Shown: positions 1 through 15,749 of the stretch, one piece after another
Layout: each line of letters starts with the position of its first letter
Numbering within the stretch: the stretch's first letter is position 1
DNA from: the human T2T-CHM13v2.0 reference genome, Homo sapiens
Strand: one strand, 5' to 3'
Length of the DNA: 64,000 nucleotides
NCBI RefSeq assembly: GCF_009914755.1
Contig: NC_060935.1
Notes under the pieces: model-generated
The model's database searches: none
Seen by the model: only the letters and a program-made list of their open reading frames with translations
Told to the model about the DNA's origin: nothing
Made by a program: the position numbers and the translations under genes

Positions 1-523
1 ATATACTCTAAATGGTGAAGTGCATATAGAACCAAAAAGAGTCCAAACAGCCAAAGCAATCCTAAGCAAAAGAACAAAGCCAAAGGTATCAGACTACCTG
101 ACTTCAAACTATACTACAAGGCTATAGTGATCAAAACAGCATGGCACTGTACAAAAACAGACACATAGACCAATGGAACAGAATAGAGAACTCAGAAATA
201 AAGCCACACACCTATACCCAACTGATCTTCAACAAGGTCAACAAATATAAGCAACGGGGAAAGGACTCCCTATTCAATAAATGGTGCTGGGATAACTGGC
301 TATCCACATGCAGAAGAATGAAGCTGGACCTCTACCTCTCACCATATACAAAAATCAACTCAAGATGGATTAAAGATTTAAGTGTAAAACCTAAAACTAT
401 AAAAATCCTAGAAGAAAACCTAGGAAATACCCTTCAGGACATCAGCCTTGGCAAAGAATTTATTACTAGGTCCTCAAAAGCAACTATGACAAAAACAAAA
501 ATTGACAAATGGGGCCTAATTAA

Positions 524-980
<457 letters not shown>

Positions 981-1616
981 AAGAATCTATAAGGAACTTA
1001 AACAACTCAACAAAGCAAAAAACAAATCCCATTTAAAAAATGGGCCAAAGACAAGGACATTTCTCAAAAGAAGACATACAAGCAACCAACAAACATATGA
1101 AAAAATGTTCAACATCATTAATCATCAGAGAAATGCAAATCAAACCCACAATGAGATACCATCTCGCACCAGTCAGAATGGCTCTTATTGGTGAGGCTGT
1201 AGAGAAAAGAGAATGCTTATACACTGTTGGAGGGAATGTAAATTAGTTCAGCCACTATGGAAAGCTGTTTGGAGATTTCTCAGAGAACTCAGAACTACCA
1301 TTCAACCCAGAAATCTCATTACTGGGTATATATCCAAAAGAAAACAAATCGTTCTACCAAAAAGAAACAGGCACTCATATGTTCATCACAGCACTATTCA
1401 CGATAGCAAAGACACAGAATCAATCTAGGTGCCCATCAGTGGTGGACGGAATAAGGAAAACATGGTACTATACCATGGGATACTACATGGAATACTACAC
1501 AGCCATAAAAAAGAATGAAATCATGTCCTTTGCAACAACATGGATGCAGCTAGAAGCCATCATCCTAAGCAAATTAACACAAGAACAGAAAACCAAATAC
1601 TGCATGTTCTCACTTA

Positions 1617-1966
<350 letters not shown>

Positions 1967-2712
1967 TACCTGTTCTCACTTATAAGTGGAAGCTAAACAA
2001 TGGGTACTCATGGACATGAGTACCCTGTTGGATGGCAACAATAGACACCAGGAACTCTTAGAGGAGGGAGGGATGAAGGGGGGCACGGGTTGAAAAACTA
2101 TTGGATACTATGCATAGTACCTGGGTGATGGGATCAATTATACACCACACCCCAGCATCATGCAATATACCCAGGTAACAAACCTGCACATGTAGCCCCT
2201 GAATCTAAAAGAAAAGTTGAAATAAAAATATTTGATACAAAATTAAAAAAAAAAGAAATGAGGTAGGAATTCTAGTGAGGTGTGAGAGGAGAGGAAGAGA
2301 AGCTTTTTTATATTAAGCTCTTGTATAATTCATTTTCTTTCTTTTTTTATTGATATATAATTCACACTCCATAAAAACAAATGGTGAATTGTATAGTATG
2401 TAAATTAAAACTTAATAAAGCTGTTAGGTTAAAAAATATATGTAAGAAGATAAGCATATTGCCTGGCATGTAGTAAGGACTCAATAAATGGTAATAAATT
2501 CATTATTGTACCCTTTCCTCTTCCTGATGTCATTCCAATACTGGCTAGGATCACCTCTAACACTAACACTGTAGAATATGTCAGGCTCATTCGAGGCAGC
2601 CCATTTCATACTAGTGGAGAGTCACAGGTGAGTCCTGAAGGCTAACATCCCAAGACTAAGAGTTTTCCTCCAATACTCAGACAACTAAATATACAACAGA
2701 ACAGTAAGAAAA

Positions 2713-2925
2713 TAATGGTTCCATTTATTGAACACTCACTATGTGCCCAGGTACTGTGCCAGGAACTTTACGACTATTCTCATGAGAACCCTACTAGGCT
2801 GTTATATTATTATTCCTATTCATTAAACGAAGAAACTGACACTTAGAGAAGTTATGTATCTTACAAAGTCACACTGGCAGTCACTGACTGAGCTGGAAAG
2901 TTCAACTCCAAGGCTTATAACTCTT
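2713..2925 (-). mobile_element. MIR
   Basis: atttattgaacactcactatgtg ... gaaactgacacttagagaagtta core. Confidence 0.7.
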
Positions 2926-5520
2926 TTTCTCTAAGTGATTACATGGCTTTATTATGCTTTCTCTTATTTATGCACATTTTACCCACACTTTACAATTCAA
3001 GCATCTTGATTTCACTGATCTCCCTTTCCTCTATGCCTTCTGTTTACATCAAATTAGTAAACATTTCCTTTTACATAGTCTTGTGTGTTCTCAGATTGTT
3101 TCATGTATATTCTCTTAAGTATGGCAGGTTGCTTAATAAACACTTCTTTAGTGAATGGATGTTAAGCTTCCTCAGGCAGGAAACACATTCTTGATGGACA
3201 GACACTGTGTCTTCAACATGTCTTTATCCTTTATATAGAGAAGGCACTCATGGTCAAGTAGGTTGGCCGATGGCTGGAGGACCATTCCCTACTTGAAAAT
3301 GGTTCTCACAGACATCATGCTTTCTGCCCATGGACTGGAAGTTTTCTCCTTAGGAATAGGACCTCACCTCATTATCACCCCATCCTAGTGTAGCATGGGG
3401 GCTCAGAATAGAGCTGATGAATTAAAGACTGGGTCAACACTTATTCCACTGGAGACACCTCAAGGGCAGCCTTCCCACAGGGACCCCAAGCACATTTTCT
3501 CTCACCTCCATGAAAGGGAAGGGGGAGACCAGGAAGGATGGCAAGGAACTTGAAGAAGACAGGCTATTGTCCCTGCCTGTGGCCATGACAGTCAGTGCGG
3601 CATCCTCTCTGACTCAGGACCCTTCTTTTTAGTGCAGACCCAGGGGGTGCTTTCCAGAGCCCACATCTCACCTTCACACCACCAAATTCATAAGGTGGGG
3701 TAAACTCTTAAGAATCTGTTAGTCGGTTATCTACAGACCCATCAAAACTCTGTTTTAACCTCCTCTACTTCCTATCTCGCCTAACTCTCAGAGTAGTGAC
3801 ATGCTCACAAGTATCTAGATTCCCTTAGATTTGTCCTATAAGTACCCTGAGGTCACCCTCTTCCCCCTCCTCCCCCACCCCCATCCTATCCAAAGCAGTG
3901 TTCTTTGAGCTCCAGGGATCCTCTGGGGCAGGGATGGCAACAAGAAGAAGGTGGCAGCTCTTTGCCTCTCGGCAGCTATGCTACTTGGTTGGTCAAACTT
4001 GGTCCCTCTGTGTTCCCCGTCTCTACACCTGCTTGCCTCTCCTCTGCCTTTTCTTCAAGATGTTAAAAACTCGCAATAAAAAACAAATACAAAATGCTGT
4101 AATTAATAGCCAATTCCAAGCCAACCCAGCATCTCTACTAATAAACCTCAACACTTGCAAAAAGAACAATAAATTCTGCCCCTCTCTGGTTCTGAGGTGG
4201 TCTCTTTTATATAGTCTGTGTGTGTGTATGTATGTGGGTAAGTGTGTCTACATATATATTTATTTTCCTTTATTTCCCATCCAGGGAGGGGCAGAATAAT
4301 GAACTGCGTGCGTCAGGGAAGATGAATCTGAGATACTAGGGAGCAGTGCAGTAAAAAGATTAAAGTGTTATTATTGTTGGGTTTTTTTCCCCCATGGTCC
4401 ATTGTGACAGCTCGACCGTCATCTGTAAAAAATGTCTCAGTGAGAGATAATCATCGGAAACTCAATAAAGCGTCAGGGGGAGCCTCAGCCCCTATCAATC
4501 ACTAGGTGCCTGGAAAATTTCAGCCCTCTGTCTCCCTTCCTGCTATCCATATAAATGTCTCTAATATATTTTGTGTGGTGTGTGGGACCCGTCCCTGATT
4601 TGGAACTTTTGATGAAAAAATATTTATACACAAAATATGTAAATCAGTTAAAAATCATAAGACTAGTTCTTTGCCACCCAATCCTATTGTTTCTTATTTT
4701 TATAAATGCATCAAATTTATTCTGTTTAATAAAACATGTCAACTAGTCTATCTCTCTCTCCTAGGACACAGACACACACACACACACAGTTTGGAGGGCT
4801 AAAAGGATGGAAATAATTAACCTAACTGGCTGATTCATTTAATCATGCAGTTGGCCAAAATGTATCCTGGTAACTCTATGGTGGCCAGAACCAGCACTAT
4901 GGAGAAATGACATGTAGAAACATTGGCCATGGAGTGTGACAAGGCTCTGAGTGAGCCTGGACAAGGATGAGGAAGGGGCTGTGACATTATTAAAAATAAT
5001 AAATTGCCCATACAGCTTTTGGCCTGGCAGATTCTCCCAAGCCTTTGGACAAGCCAGAGATCTGAGCTGACTAAGCTGGGGGCACATGCAGGCTGATATG
5101 GTTGCTGGGTCTTATACAAGAGCAGGAGGCAGTTCTGCTGGCATTTGACATCCTCACTCTGCCTTAGTTTCCTTTAGTACCTGCATCATAAGGTTACTGT
5201 GAATACAAAGTAAGTATCAATCAATATTATCTGCTACCCTTGCAGCTATCATCATCATCGTCATCTCATTATCACCTCCCTCTGCTTCTCTACCCTGGAA
5301 GGAATCAGTTCCTGCAGTGCCCTCTCCTTTAGGACCTTCAAGGCTCTTCTCTGTCTAAAGGATAAAGTCCAAGAGTCTTGATCTGGTCCTATTCTACTAA
5401 TGTTGCATCTTTATTGCTCATTACTCTCTAAGATGAATCTTCTGCTGTGTGCCTGCTTCACCCTAACATGTTCGTCTATCAGCGTGAAACATAATTTTTC
5501 TGTTTCTCATATCTGAGTGG

Positions 5521-6172
<652 letters not shown>

Positions 6173-7034
6173 TGAATATAGCACACCCCTTCTCTACTCA
6201 CATTCAATTGCACTCACCTGTCAACCCTCCATACAGCTGTCCAAAACCTTCCTATACTTGGAGGCTCAAATGTCATTTTATTTCCTTGACTTCTCAGCCA
6301 CAGATTCTCTTCTCTGAGCTCTGATAGTCCTTGTTATCTGAACCTCTGACTGGACCCTTTGTCAAATATTGTTTTGGTAATGTCTTACATCTTTATTATT
6401 ACTAATTATTGTTCTTGCAAGCACCTTACATTTGCACAATGCCTTGTATTTTCTCAAGCGCTTTCGTAAGTACTCCAATTTGGGCCTTAAAATAAGCCTA
6501 TGGTGTAGGAAATATTATTCTCTACAGATGCGAAAATCAAGCTCAGAGAGCGAAGAAGAACTGCCAAGGTCACACAGTTAGGTAATGGCTAAGCCATTCC
6601 TTGGACTCTAAATAATATTTGGCTCTTTGAGGGTTAATGGTTTGCTACCAGAGGAAAGCATTTGGAAGGCTGTGTCAAAGACTGACATTCCGTTAAGAAT
6701 ATGAGGAGGAGGATGTAGAAACACAGGTTTACATTCACAGAATTTCTTCTATGTTCTGGGGTTTAGGTTAGGCGTAAATGTACTATGCTGCCTCCCAATA
6801 ACCTTTATTTTACAAATAAGGAGACAGTGCCTCTGGCAGATATAGAAAATTGCTCCAGGTGTCAGAGCTATTAAGTGTTCTGCACACATATAATACCATG
6901 GCTTAAACACATAGCCTCTCTAGGAGTGAAGCTTAAAGTGGCAAAATAAGATCTCTGGTAGGGAGGTGAAGGCCCAGATGAGTTTTTTAAGCAGTTCAAG
7001 CACAACACCACAACTAATACCTGTAGTCCAAATC

Positions 7035-7170
7035 ATGCTTCCCAAAGGGTAGGAGCCTATTATTAGAAACGCAAAACCTCGGGTCCCACCCCAGACATAC
7101 TCAATCAGAATCTCTGAGGGTAGGGTCCAGGAACCTGTGTTTTAACAAGCTCTCTAGGGGATTCTTATTT
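7035..7170. mobile_element. MER5A-like hAT relic
   Basis: cccaccccagacatactcaatcagaatctctgagggtagggtccaggaacctgtgttttaacaagctc. Confidence 0.7.
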
Positions 7171-7281
7171 CCTTGGGAGCCTTATTATTCTCATCTGAGT
7201 TTTTGCTCTCCAAGAGCATGCATTCTCTCTGCTATGCTTGGGTTAGGCTGGGCACACAGTGGGTGCTGGGTAGTTAACTTA

Positions 7282-7533
<252 letters not shown>

Positions 7534-7619
7534 TCAGGCTGGTGGGGTTGTTCCAAGCCCTCTACCCCCAGAAGGGCCCTATGCCAACCCAGCTTCTGCC
7601 CCACTCATCTTTATTCAGC

Positions 7620-7885
7620 TGCCACTTGGAGCTGAGAAGAGAGGCTGATTTATAGCCTGCTCTGGCTGCGTCTCTGCCGTGTTTTATTGTTTTAATTGTA
7701 CATATGAGAGGCACTCAAAATGCTTGCTTGCATTTCTGACAGCCCCAGACACCCAATGTTTATAACAGTTACTTATAAGCAGCCAGCGGCAACCCCGGCT
7801 GGGCGACTTGTTTACTGTTACCACTAATTTATTACCTCCTCCATCTGAGGATTACGGCCCCCACCCATCAGCCAGCCACAAGTGG
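7620..7885. promoter_or_regulatory. Candidate developmental enhancer
   Basis: TGATTTAT, TGACAG, TGTTTAC/TGTTTAT, CATATG, GGATTA and TAATTTATTA within 260 bp. Confidence 0.45.
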
Positions 7886-8109
7886 AACACTCCTGGAGTG
7901 GGCATGGGTAGGGCTCAAGGCACTGAATGGAATGTGGTTGAGATCAGGGAATAGGTTGGCAGAGGAACAGCTATGATCCTCATACTTCTCTCTACATTTA
8001 TTCCATCTCACAGACATTCTAAGCTGTGCCCTCTGCTTTTTTATTTTTCCCCATCCTCTTCATCCTCCAAAGCCCAACTCAAATCCCACTTCTTTCAAGA
8101 ATATCACAT

Positions 8110-8425
<316 letters not shown>

Positions 8426-11111
8426 GAACATTACTTGCTCTGATAGTGAGCCTAGAGCTTCTAAACATTAGAAATCACATGGCTGACAGGGGCACCGGAG
8501 GCCAGATAATCCAATGACCCATGGCGAGAATCCCCTTTACAGAATCCATGATGGGCAGACATCTCAGCTGTTAGTACCCCTTGAGTGGTGAGTTGCTCAA
8601 TACCTCCTAGGCAGGCTTCCTGCTTTACACTTTGCCAAAACCCACCTCCATAGAGAAATTCTTTATTAAATGTCACTGTGCTTTAAATATATATGATTAT
8701 CTCTAATCATCCTAACAACCCTATAAGATGGGTATTGTTTTTACTATGTTACAGATGAGAAAATTGAAATTCAGAGACTTTAAGTCATTTACTCAAGATC
8801 ACACATCTAGTAATAGAGCTTAGATGAATCATTCAGATATCTGGTACTGAAGCCCAATCTTTCTCTAGGACACCAATGTGCCTCTGAAGATGCCACTCTG
8901 AGGGCTGGAGGGAAAGCAAAGAACAATCAGGCCAACAAGATTTCCATACCAAGCATCCTTGGGTTACCTGAACCAGTAAGACTGCCCTCTACCCAGAAAC
9001 ACCAACTTTGACAAAAGTGGACCCAGCTAAGTAGGCTTCTTGCTAAAGAGCAAATGCTCACATGACATGGGAGAAGAGTGTCACTAGGAATGGCATAACC
9101 AAAGATAAAGTCTCAGCAAGGATGGCAAAGAAGTTTCTTTCCTCCCTAGGCTGTGTCTGTTCTCAGCAGGTAAAACAGATACAAAGCATCTTTGATACCT
9201 TTTAGTTTTCTTGCCTGGATCCTTTTTCCTGCTCACACCTTAAATGCTGGTATCCTGAGTAAAGGACTTGTCCTCCTACCACCCCCTCACTTTAAATCCT
9301 TTCTTTGGGCAATTTTGGTTACATCTATTGTTTTAACTCCCAAGGAAATGGAAAATACTCCTAAATCCCTATCTCCTGCCAAACTACTCCTTTGAGCTCT
9401 CCAGACCCACATATCTAACTATTCACTCAAATTGGAAACTGAGGTGTCACCATGCATACCTCCTTTTCCATCAATTCTCACAATCCACTGAGTACTCAAT
9501 CTTCTAATATTCTGCTAATATCTATTTACTCTATTCCCAAAGATCACCTTTAGGAATCTCCAGATATTTTAAATGTTTTTTTGGAGGACAGGAGCATAGC
9601 TTCTTACAGATTCCCAAAGGAGTCCATTATCCCTAAAAAGTCAAGAACCATTGCTAATCTTTCCCCTCCAATTCCTCCTCCACCCTGTCAGAATGGTCCA
9701 TCTAAAATGCAAGTGTGAATTCGACATTGCCCTGCTTAAAATCCTTTAACGGCCTTCAGAATAGAGAATGAGCTCCCTAGAACTGCCTTACAAGGTCCTT
9801 CCTATGTGTAGCCTTCTTCACTCTCCGGCCTTATTTCTTGTTATTCTCCTCAATCCTGCAGCAGATGGTTCCACCTGCTGTCACTCCCTAACCCCCACCC
9901 AACGCCTCTGCATAGACTGTTCCCTCTGCCTGGAAGGTCCATCCCTTTTAGCCTTCCTGGCAATCTCCAACTCATCCTTAAGACCCAATTCAAGGTCACT
10001 TACCCTGTGACACTTCCCAGACACCAGCCTGCTCACTTCTCAGGTAGAGCTCACCAATACTTACAGCAGTGCTGCCTACATACTTTGTGCAGCTACCATT
10101 GCATTTATCACTCTGCGTTGTGATTCCTTGTTTACAGGCTTGTCTCTGTAAATGACTGGGAGCACTGATGAGGGGCTAGACTATGTATAATCATTTATAT
10201 AATCCCAGCAACTGGCAGAGTGCCTGATACTCGGTAAGAACACGCTGAATTATGCATAAATGAAACTAATAAGCAATTACAACTGTAGAGCACTTTACAA
10301 TCCACATATCACATATTTTATCTCTTGATATTCACAACAATACTGATACGGAAGAAAAGGAATGTATCATTGGAGGTTAGAGAGGTCTTGCCAAAGCCAC
10401 AAACTACACCTTCCTTCCAAGGGCCACAGAAATATCTATTAGAAATTTAGTGGACTTCATGGACTTGGCAGTGACTCCATAGTCTAATATAACAGCAAAG
10501 GACTGCCCAACTTTCCTGAGCTTGTGAACTTCCTGTGAATTTGCCTAGACACACTCGAAGGAAAGGGAATTACATCTCTTGTTTTACTCTACCTTCCTTA
10601 CCCATCCCTACAAGTCAGGTAATTTTTCATGCAAAAGTCAATGCAATACAAAAATAAGAGAACTACAGGATTCTTTTGTTTCTATTTCATCCATGAGAAT
10701 GAGTCAGAGCTGGGTATGGTGCCTTGCATACAATTGGCAGTCAATATATATTGGTTGAATGGCTTAAAAAATGAGGTTTCCTTAAACGGAAAAAGGAAAG
10801 ACATGGTTAAGACGAAGCTAAAGGCTTAGGCTGATGAGAGAGAAGAGCCCTGAGAAGATTCTAAAAGACTATCACTATCCAGGTCCAAGTCGGAACGTTC
10901 AGTGCACCAAGTTGGACAGCAGAGCACATCCAAACTGATACACCCAGGAAAATAAAGCCAGCTGCCAGAAAACTGTGGCAGACAAAGGTAGTCTAGAATT
11001 ATTTAAAAAAAAAAAAAAAAAGGTAGAGAGATCTTGCAAGCCACAGTGAGTTTATTAATGATTCCTGACAAACTTCTAGGACGTTATTATTATTATTTTT
11101 TTTTAACAGTT

Positions 11112-11411
11112 GTTTGTTTTTGTTTTTGTTTTGAGACAGGGTCTTGCTCTGTCACCCAGGCTGTAATGCAGTGGTGTGATCTCAGCTCACTGCAACCTCT
11201 GCCTTCTGGGTTCAAGTGATTCTCGTGCCTCAGCCTCCTGAGTAGCTGGGACTACAGGCATGCACCACCACGCCCTGCTAAGTTTTGTATTTTTAGTAGA
11301 AATGGGGTTTTGCCATGTTGGCCAGGCTGCTCGAACTCCTAGCCTCAGGTGATCTGCTTGCCTCGGCCTCCCAATGTGCTGGGACTACAAGCGTGAGCCA
11401 CAGTGCCCAGC
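11112..11411 (-). mobile_element. AluS
   Basis: Alu consensus; flanking taacagtt repeat. Confidence 0.92.
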
Positions 11412-11429
11412 GTTTTATAACAGTTCTTA

Positions 11430-11720
11430 AACACTTGGGTAATTACCGGGTACCAGTATGGGTTCCCTAAGAACAATAAATCAACATGCCAGAATAACCT
11501 GATTTCCTTTTTTGGAAAGCGTTATTAGACAGGAAAATACGACAAATGCTAGAAACATTTTAATTTTAGCAAGAAATATGGGGAAAAAGCTCTTAAAATT
11601 TTGTGAACAAAGCAGAGGAATGGAGGATGGAAAAGAATGAAGGTTGGTAGAATTACACCTGAGAATGCTGAATAATGCATCAAAATTATCCTGACCATGT
11701 GCTCTAGGACTCTGTGTTTA
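11430..11720 (+). mobile_element. L3/CR1 fragment
   Basis: cagtatgggttccctaagaacaa...catgccagaataacctgatttcctt resembles the CR1 RT region. Confidence 0.55.
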
Positions 11721-12098
11721 ATAAAGTCTTTATAAACATTTTAATCCAAGTAAGAACATGACGGCAGGGGATCTTGTCTGTCTAACTCATCAGTGCTTAA
11801 AACACTGCCTGGTATACAGGAATGTGATCAATAAATACTTTTGAATAAATAAGTGAATCCACAGGAAGCCTACTACTAAATTTGCAGATCATATGAAATA
11901 AGAAGAGATAGTTAATATTTTAATTGTTATTTCATAAGGGGACATGATAGCCTTTTCAAATATTTTTGTTGTCTATCTCTCCCTATCTACCTACCTACCC
12001 AGAATGTAGGCTGTCTGGCATAAGAGTTAAAAATAATCCAGAGGTTGACCAGGAAAAAGAAAATAAAAGAAAAAAGAAAAAAGAAAAGAAAGGGAAGC

Positions 12099-12194
12099 AA
12101 AGGGGAAGGGAAGGGGAAGGGAAGGGGAAGGGAAGGGGAAGGGAAGGGGAAGGGAAGGGGAAGGGAAAGGGAAGGGGAAGGAAGGAAGGAAAAA
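12099..12194 (+). repeat. 96-nt pure purine tract with (AAGGGGAAGGG)6
   Basis: Six perfect 11-mers at 12100-12165; no pyrimidine from 12099 to 12194. Confidence 0.95.
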
Positions 12195-12253
12195 CTAAGA
12201 AAAAGAAATTATGTAACCTTGAACTAGGAATGCAAAAAGAAAATTATGTAGAG

Positions 12254-12473
12254 CAGGGTTGGCAAACTACAGCCTCTGGGCCAAATCCAGCCTGCTGTGT
12301 GTTTTTATAAATAACATTTTATTGAAACATATCCACATCGCTTCGTTTGTGTATTGTTTGTGGCTGCTTCTGTATCACAATGGTCGAGGTAAGTAGTCAC
12401 AACTGAGATCAACTGGCCCACAAAGCTTAAATGTTTACTATCTGGCTCTTTCTAGAAAGTTTGCTGACTACTG
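12254..12473 (+). mobile_element. MER58A (hAT-Charlie)
   Basis: Terminal inverted repeats cagggttggcaaact ... agtttgctgactactg; ~220 bp. Confidence 0.85.
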
Positions 12474-12743
12474 ATCTACAATGTTGAATGTGAGTATCAC
12501 CCTGGAGGTTACCATTAAAACACAAAGCTACAAAACATGAATGTACATTGTGGAGATCAGTGTGACAGCAGAAGTTGGACTAGATGGCTTCATAGCTCTG
12601 AGATTCTATAAAACAAAAAAATGTTTATTGAGCCCTGCTAGAATCCTGACAGCAGAAGAGAAGGCACTCAAAAGAATCCCCTCCTGTCTACCTGGCCCTG
12701 CCCTCTCAACAAATGCTCCACCTTGCTTTTTGGTGAGAGCACC

Positions 12744-13098
12744 TGTATTAGTTCGTTTTCATCATGCTGATAAAGACATACCTGAAACTGGGAACAAAAA
12801 GAGGTTTAATTGGACTTACAGTTCCACATGGCCAGGGAGGCCTCAGAATCATGGCAGGAGGTAAAAGGCACTTCTTACATGGCAGTGGCAAGAGAAAAAT
12901 GAGGACGAAGCAAAAATGGGAAACCCCTAGCAAACCCATCAGATCTCATGAGACTTACTCACTATCACAAGAATAGCATGGGAAAGACTAGCCCCCATGA
13001 TTCAATTACTTTTCCCTAGGTCCCTGCCACAACACGTGGGAATTCTGGGAGATAAATTCAAGTTGAGATTTGAATAGGGATACAGCCAAACCATATCA
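12744..13098 (-). mobile_element. THE1 (THE1C-like) MaLR solo LTR
   Basis: Minus strand starts TGATATGGTTTGGCTGT and ends AATACA; 355 bp; 5-bp TSD GCACC (12739-12743, 13099-13103). Confidence 0.93.
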
Positions 13099-14573
13099 GC
13101 ACCTAAACTGAAGACAGAGCTGAGCACTGCAATGCTGTGCCTGAATGAGAAGAGGATGGCCCATAAGCTGAGTCCCCACATATCAGGCTGCAAATAGAGG
13201 GCAAGGTGGTACTCATGAAATTCTCTGTTTAAAACATAAACACAATTCCTCCGGCTCAGTGGGGAATACAAGGACACAAAGATCATGGCCTGCACATGAG
13301 GAGGAGAGAAAGGACATATGGGTAGATGAGAGTTCAAGTAACCATACAAGAGGCCAAGATCTAGAGAACATTCAAAAGAACAGCTGAGGGCAGGTTGCAA
13401 TTATTGTCAAGGACAGGGAAGCCTTTGTGGAGGATCTAGCCTTAGCAATGGAGCCTTAAGAGAAGGAGCAGGTTTAGAGAGGTGGAAGGGAAGGGAGAGG
13501 GTAACTTCAAACTTTACCTGGGCAGCAATGCCTTAATGCTCTTGGACACTCCTCTCATGCCACTGATTTGAGAAACCTTCTCCCCGGGGCAGCAACAACA
13601 CCGCTACTCTGAGTTACCACATACCACGTCAGTCTGGCAGCCTTACAGCTCTGAAGGCTGAGCACATTGCTCCCCTTGGCTGAATTTCCCCCAGCGTCAA
13701 TATTCTGGCTCTCAGGCAGTCAGAGAGGCTGTCTGTCCTCCTGGCATCACTGCTAACACTAAAGCAGCCACTGCTCAGCCACCCTATTGCTGGCAATGTC
13801 AGAGGGATCGCAGCCTCTGTGAATGATCCAGGACAAGGGGAAAGCAGTGGCGACAGTCTGGATAAACGAAAGCTCAAATGTAAAATACTCATTTCTGACT
13901 GCAGCCAAAGCAACCAGCTGTTTTTTTCAATCCCACTTTGGAAGAAGTACTCACCAGACACAACATAGACTGACTTGCTGAGGCACCCCCCAACAGACAC
14001 ATGATCGAGCCCTAGTGCAAACCCAAACACCTGCCTTGGACATTCAATCCCCAAGACTCATCCCAGAGCCTCTTCATTCTGAAGTTCAAACCACCACCAA
14101 CACAACATCCCAGACATCCCAGAGGAGGCATTGATGATGACCTCATTTTATGAGGATAGACATCAAAACACAGAGAAGGTCCACTGTTTGTCCTGGATCA
14201 TAGAGTAAGTTGAGGGGACAGTCCCAGAGACAGGACTGCAATTTACATTTAGGAGGGGGAAAAGCAGTATTCAGAGTAATAGTATTTAGGGACTTCTGAG
14301 GCTGAGGAATCCAGTGAGGCTGTTGTCTAGTTCTGGGGCAGGAATGGGGCAAGGTAAGTCTGCAGGAAACAGGAGACGAACAAATCCACATTCCATGCAG
14401 TTGCCTTAATTATTTTACTGAAATCTGCTCCGTTGTCCACTCATCTGCGGCTCTCCAGGCTGAAGCACTTTCAGGAAAACACCAGTTGAAATGTACTTCC
14501 TACCCGCAATTAGGTCATGAAATCAGGCCTCTATTTCTTTCCCCAAGACTTCTTTTGAAGTGACATAAAGTTA

Positions 14574-15154
<581 letters not shown>

Positions 15155-15749
15155 GGCAGCAGCCTCTGAAACTTATCAGCTGAGAAGCTTGGGACAAGTT
15201 ACTTAACACCTTTCTAAGGCCCAGTTTCCACAATTATAAAATACAAACTGTTTATCCAACAATTACTTATCAAATGCCTACCATGTTCTAGTCCCTATTT
15301 TAGGTGCTGAGGTCTGTGACCTCAAGAAGCTAGGGCCAGTCTGCTGAGAAAAACAATAATTAAGTATAAAGCTACAGCTCAAAGTGTGATAAAGGTTACG
15401 ACAGGAGAAACGTGCAGCAGACCAAGAAACAGGATCAAGAAAGCCCTTACGGCATCAGCAAGATGGCAGAACAGGACTCTCCAGCACTTGCTCCCCAGCA
15501 GAAACATCAATTTGAACAATTATCCACATGCAAAAATACCTTCACAAGAGCTAAGTAAACCAAATGAGAGATTATAGCACCTGGGCGTAGCACAGAGGTA
15601 AAGAAAAGATTACCTACAGAGGGTAGGAAGACAGTCTCCCCTTACCCATATCACCCCTCCCCGAACTCCAGGCGGTACACATGGAGAGACATACACTCAT
15701 GGGGGAAGGAGAGGGAAGTGAGGGCTGGACTTTGCCTTGGACCCTGAAA

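Noticed and set aside
11966-12310. Lys/Gly/Arg-rich ORFs
   Set aside because: Translations of the purine repeat.
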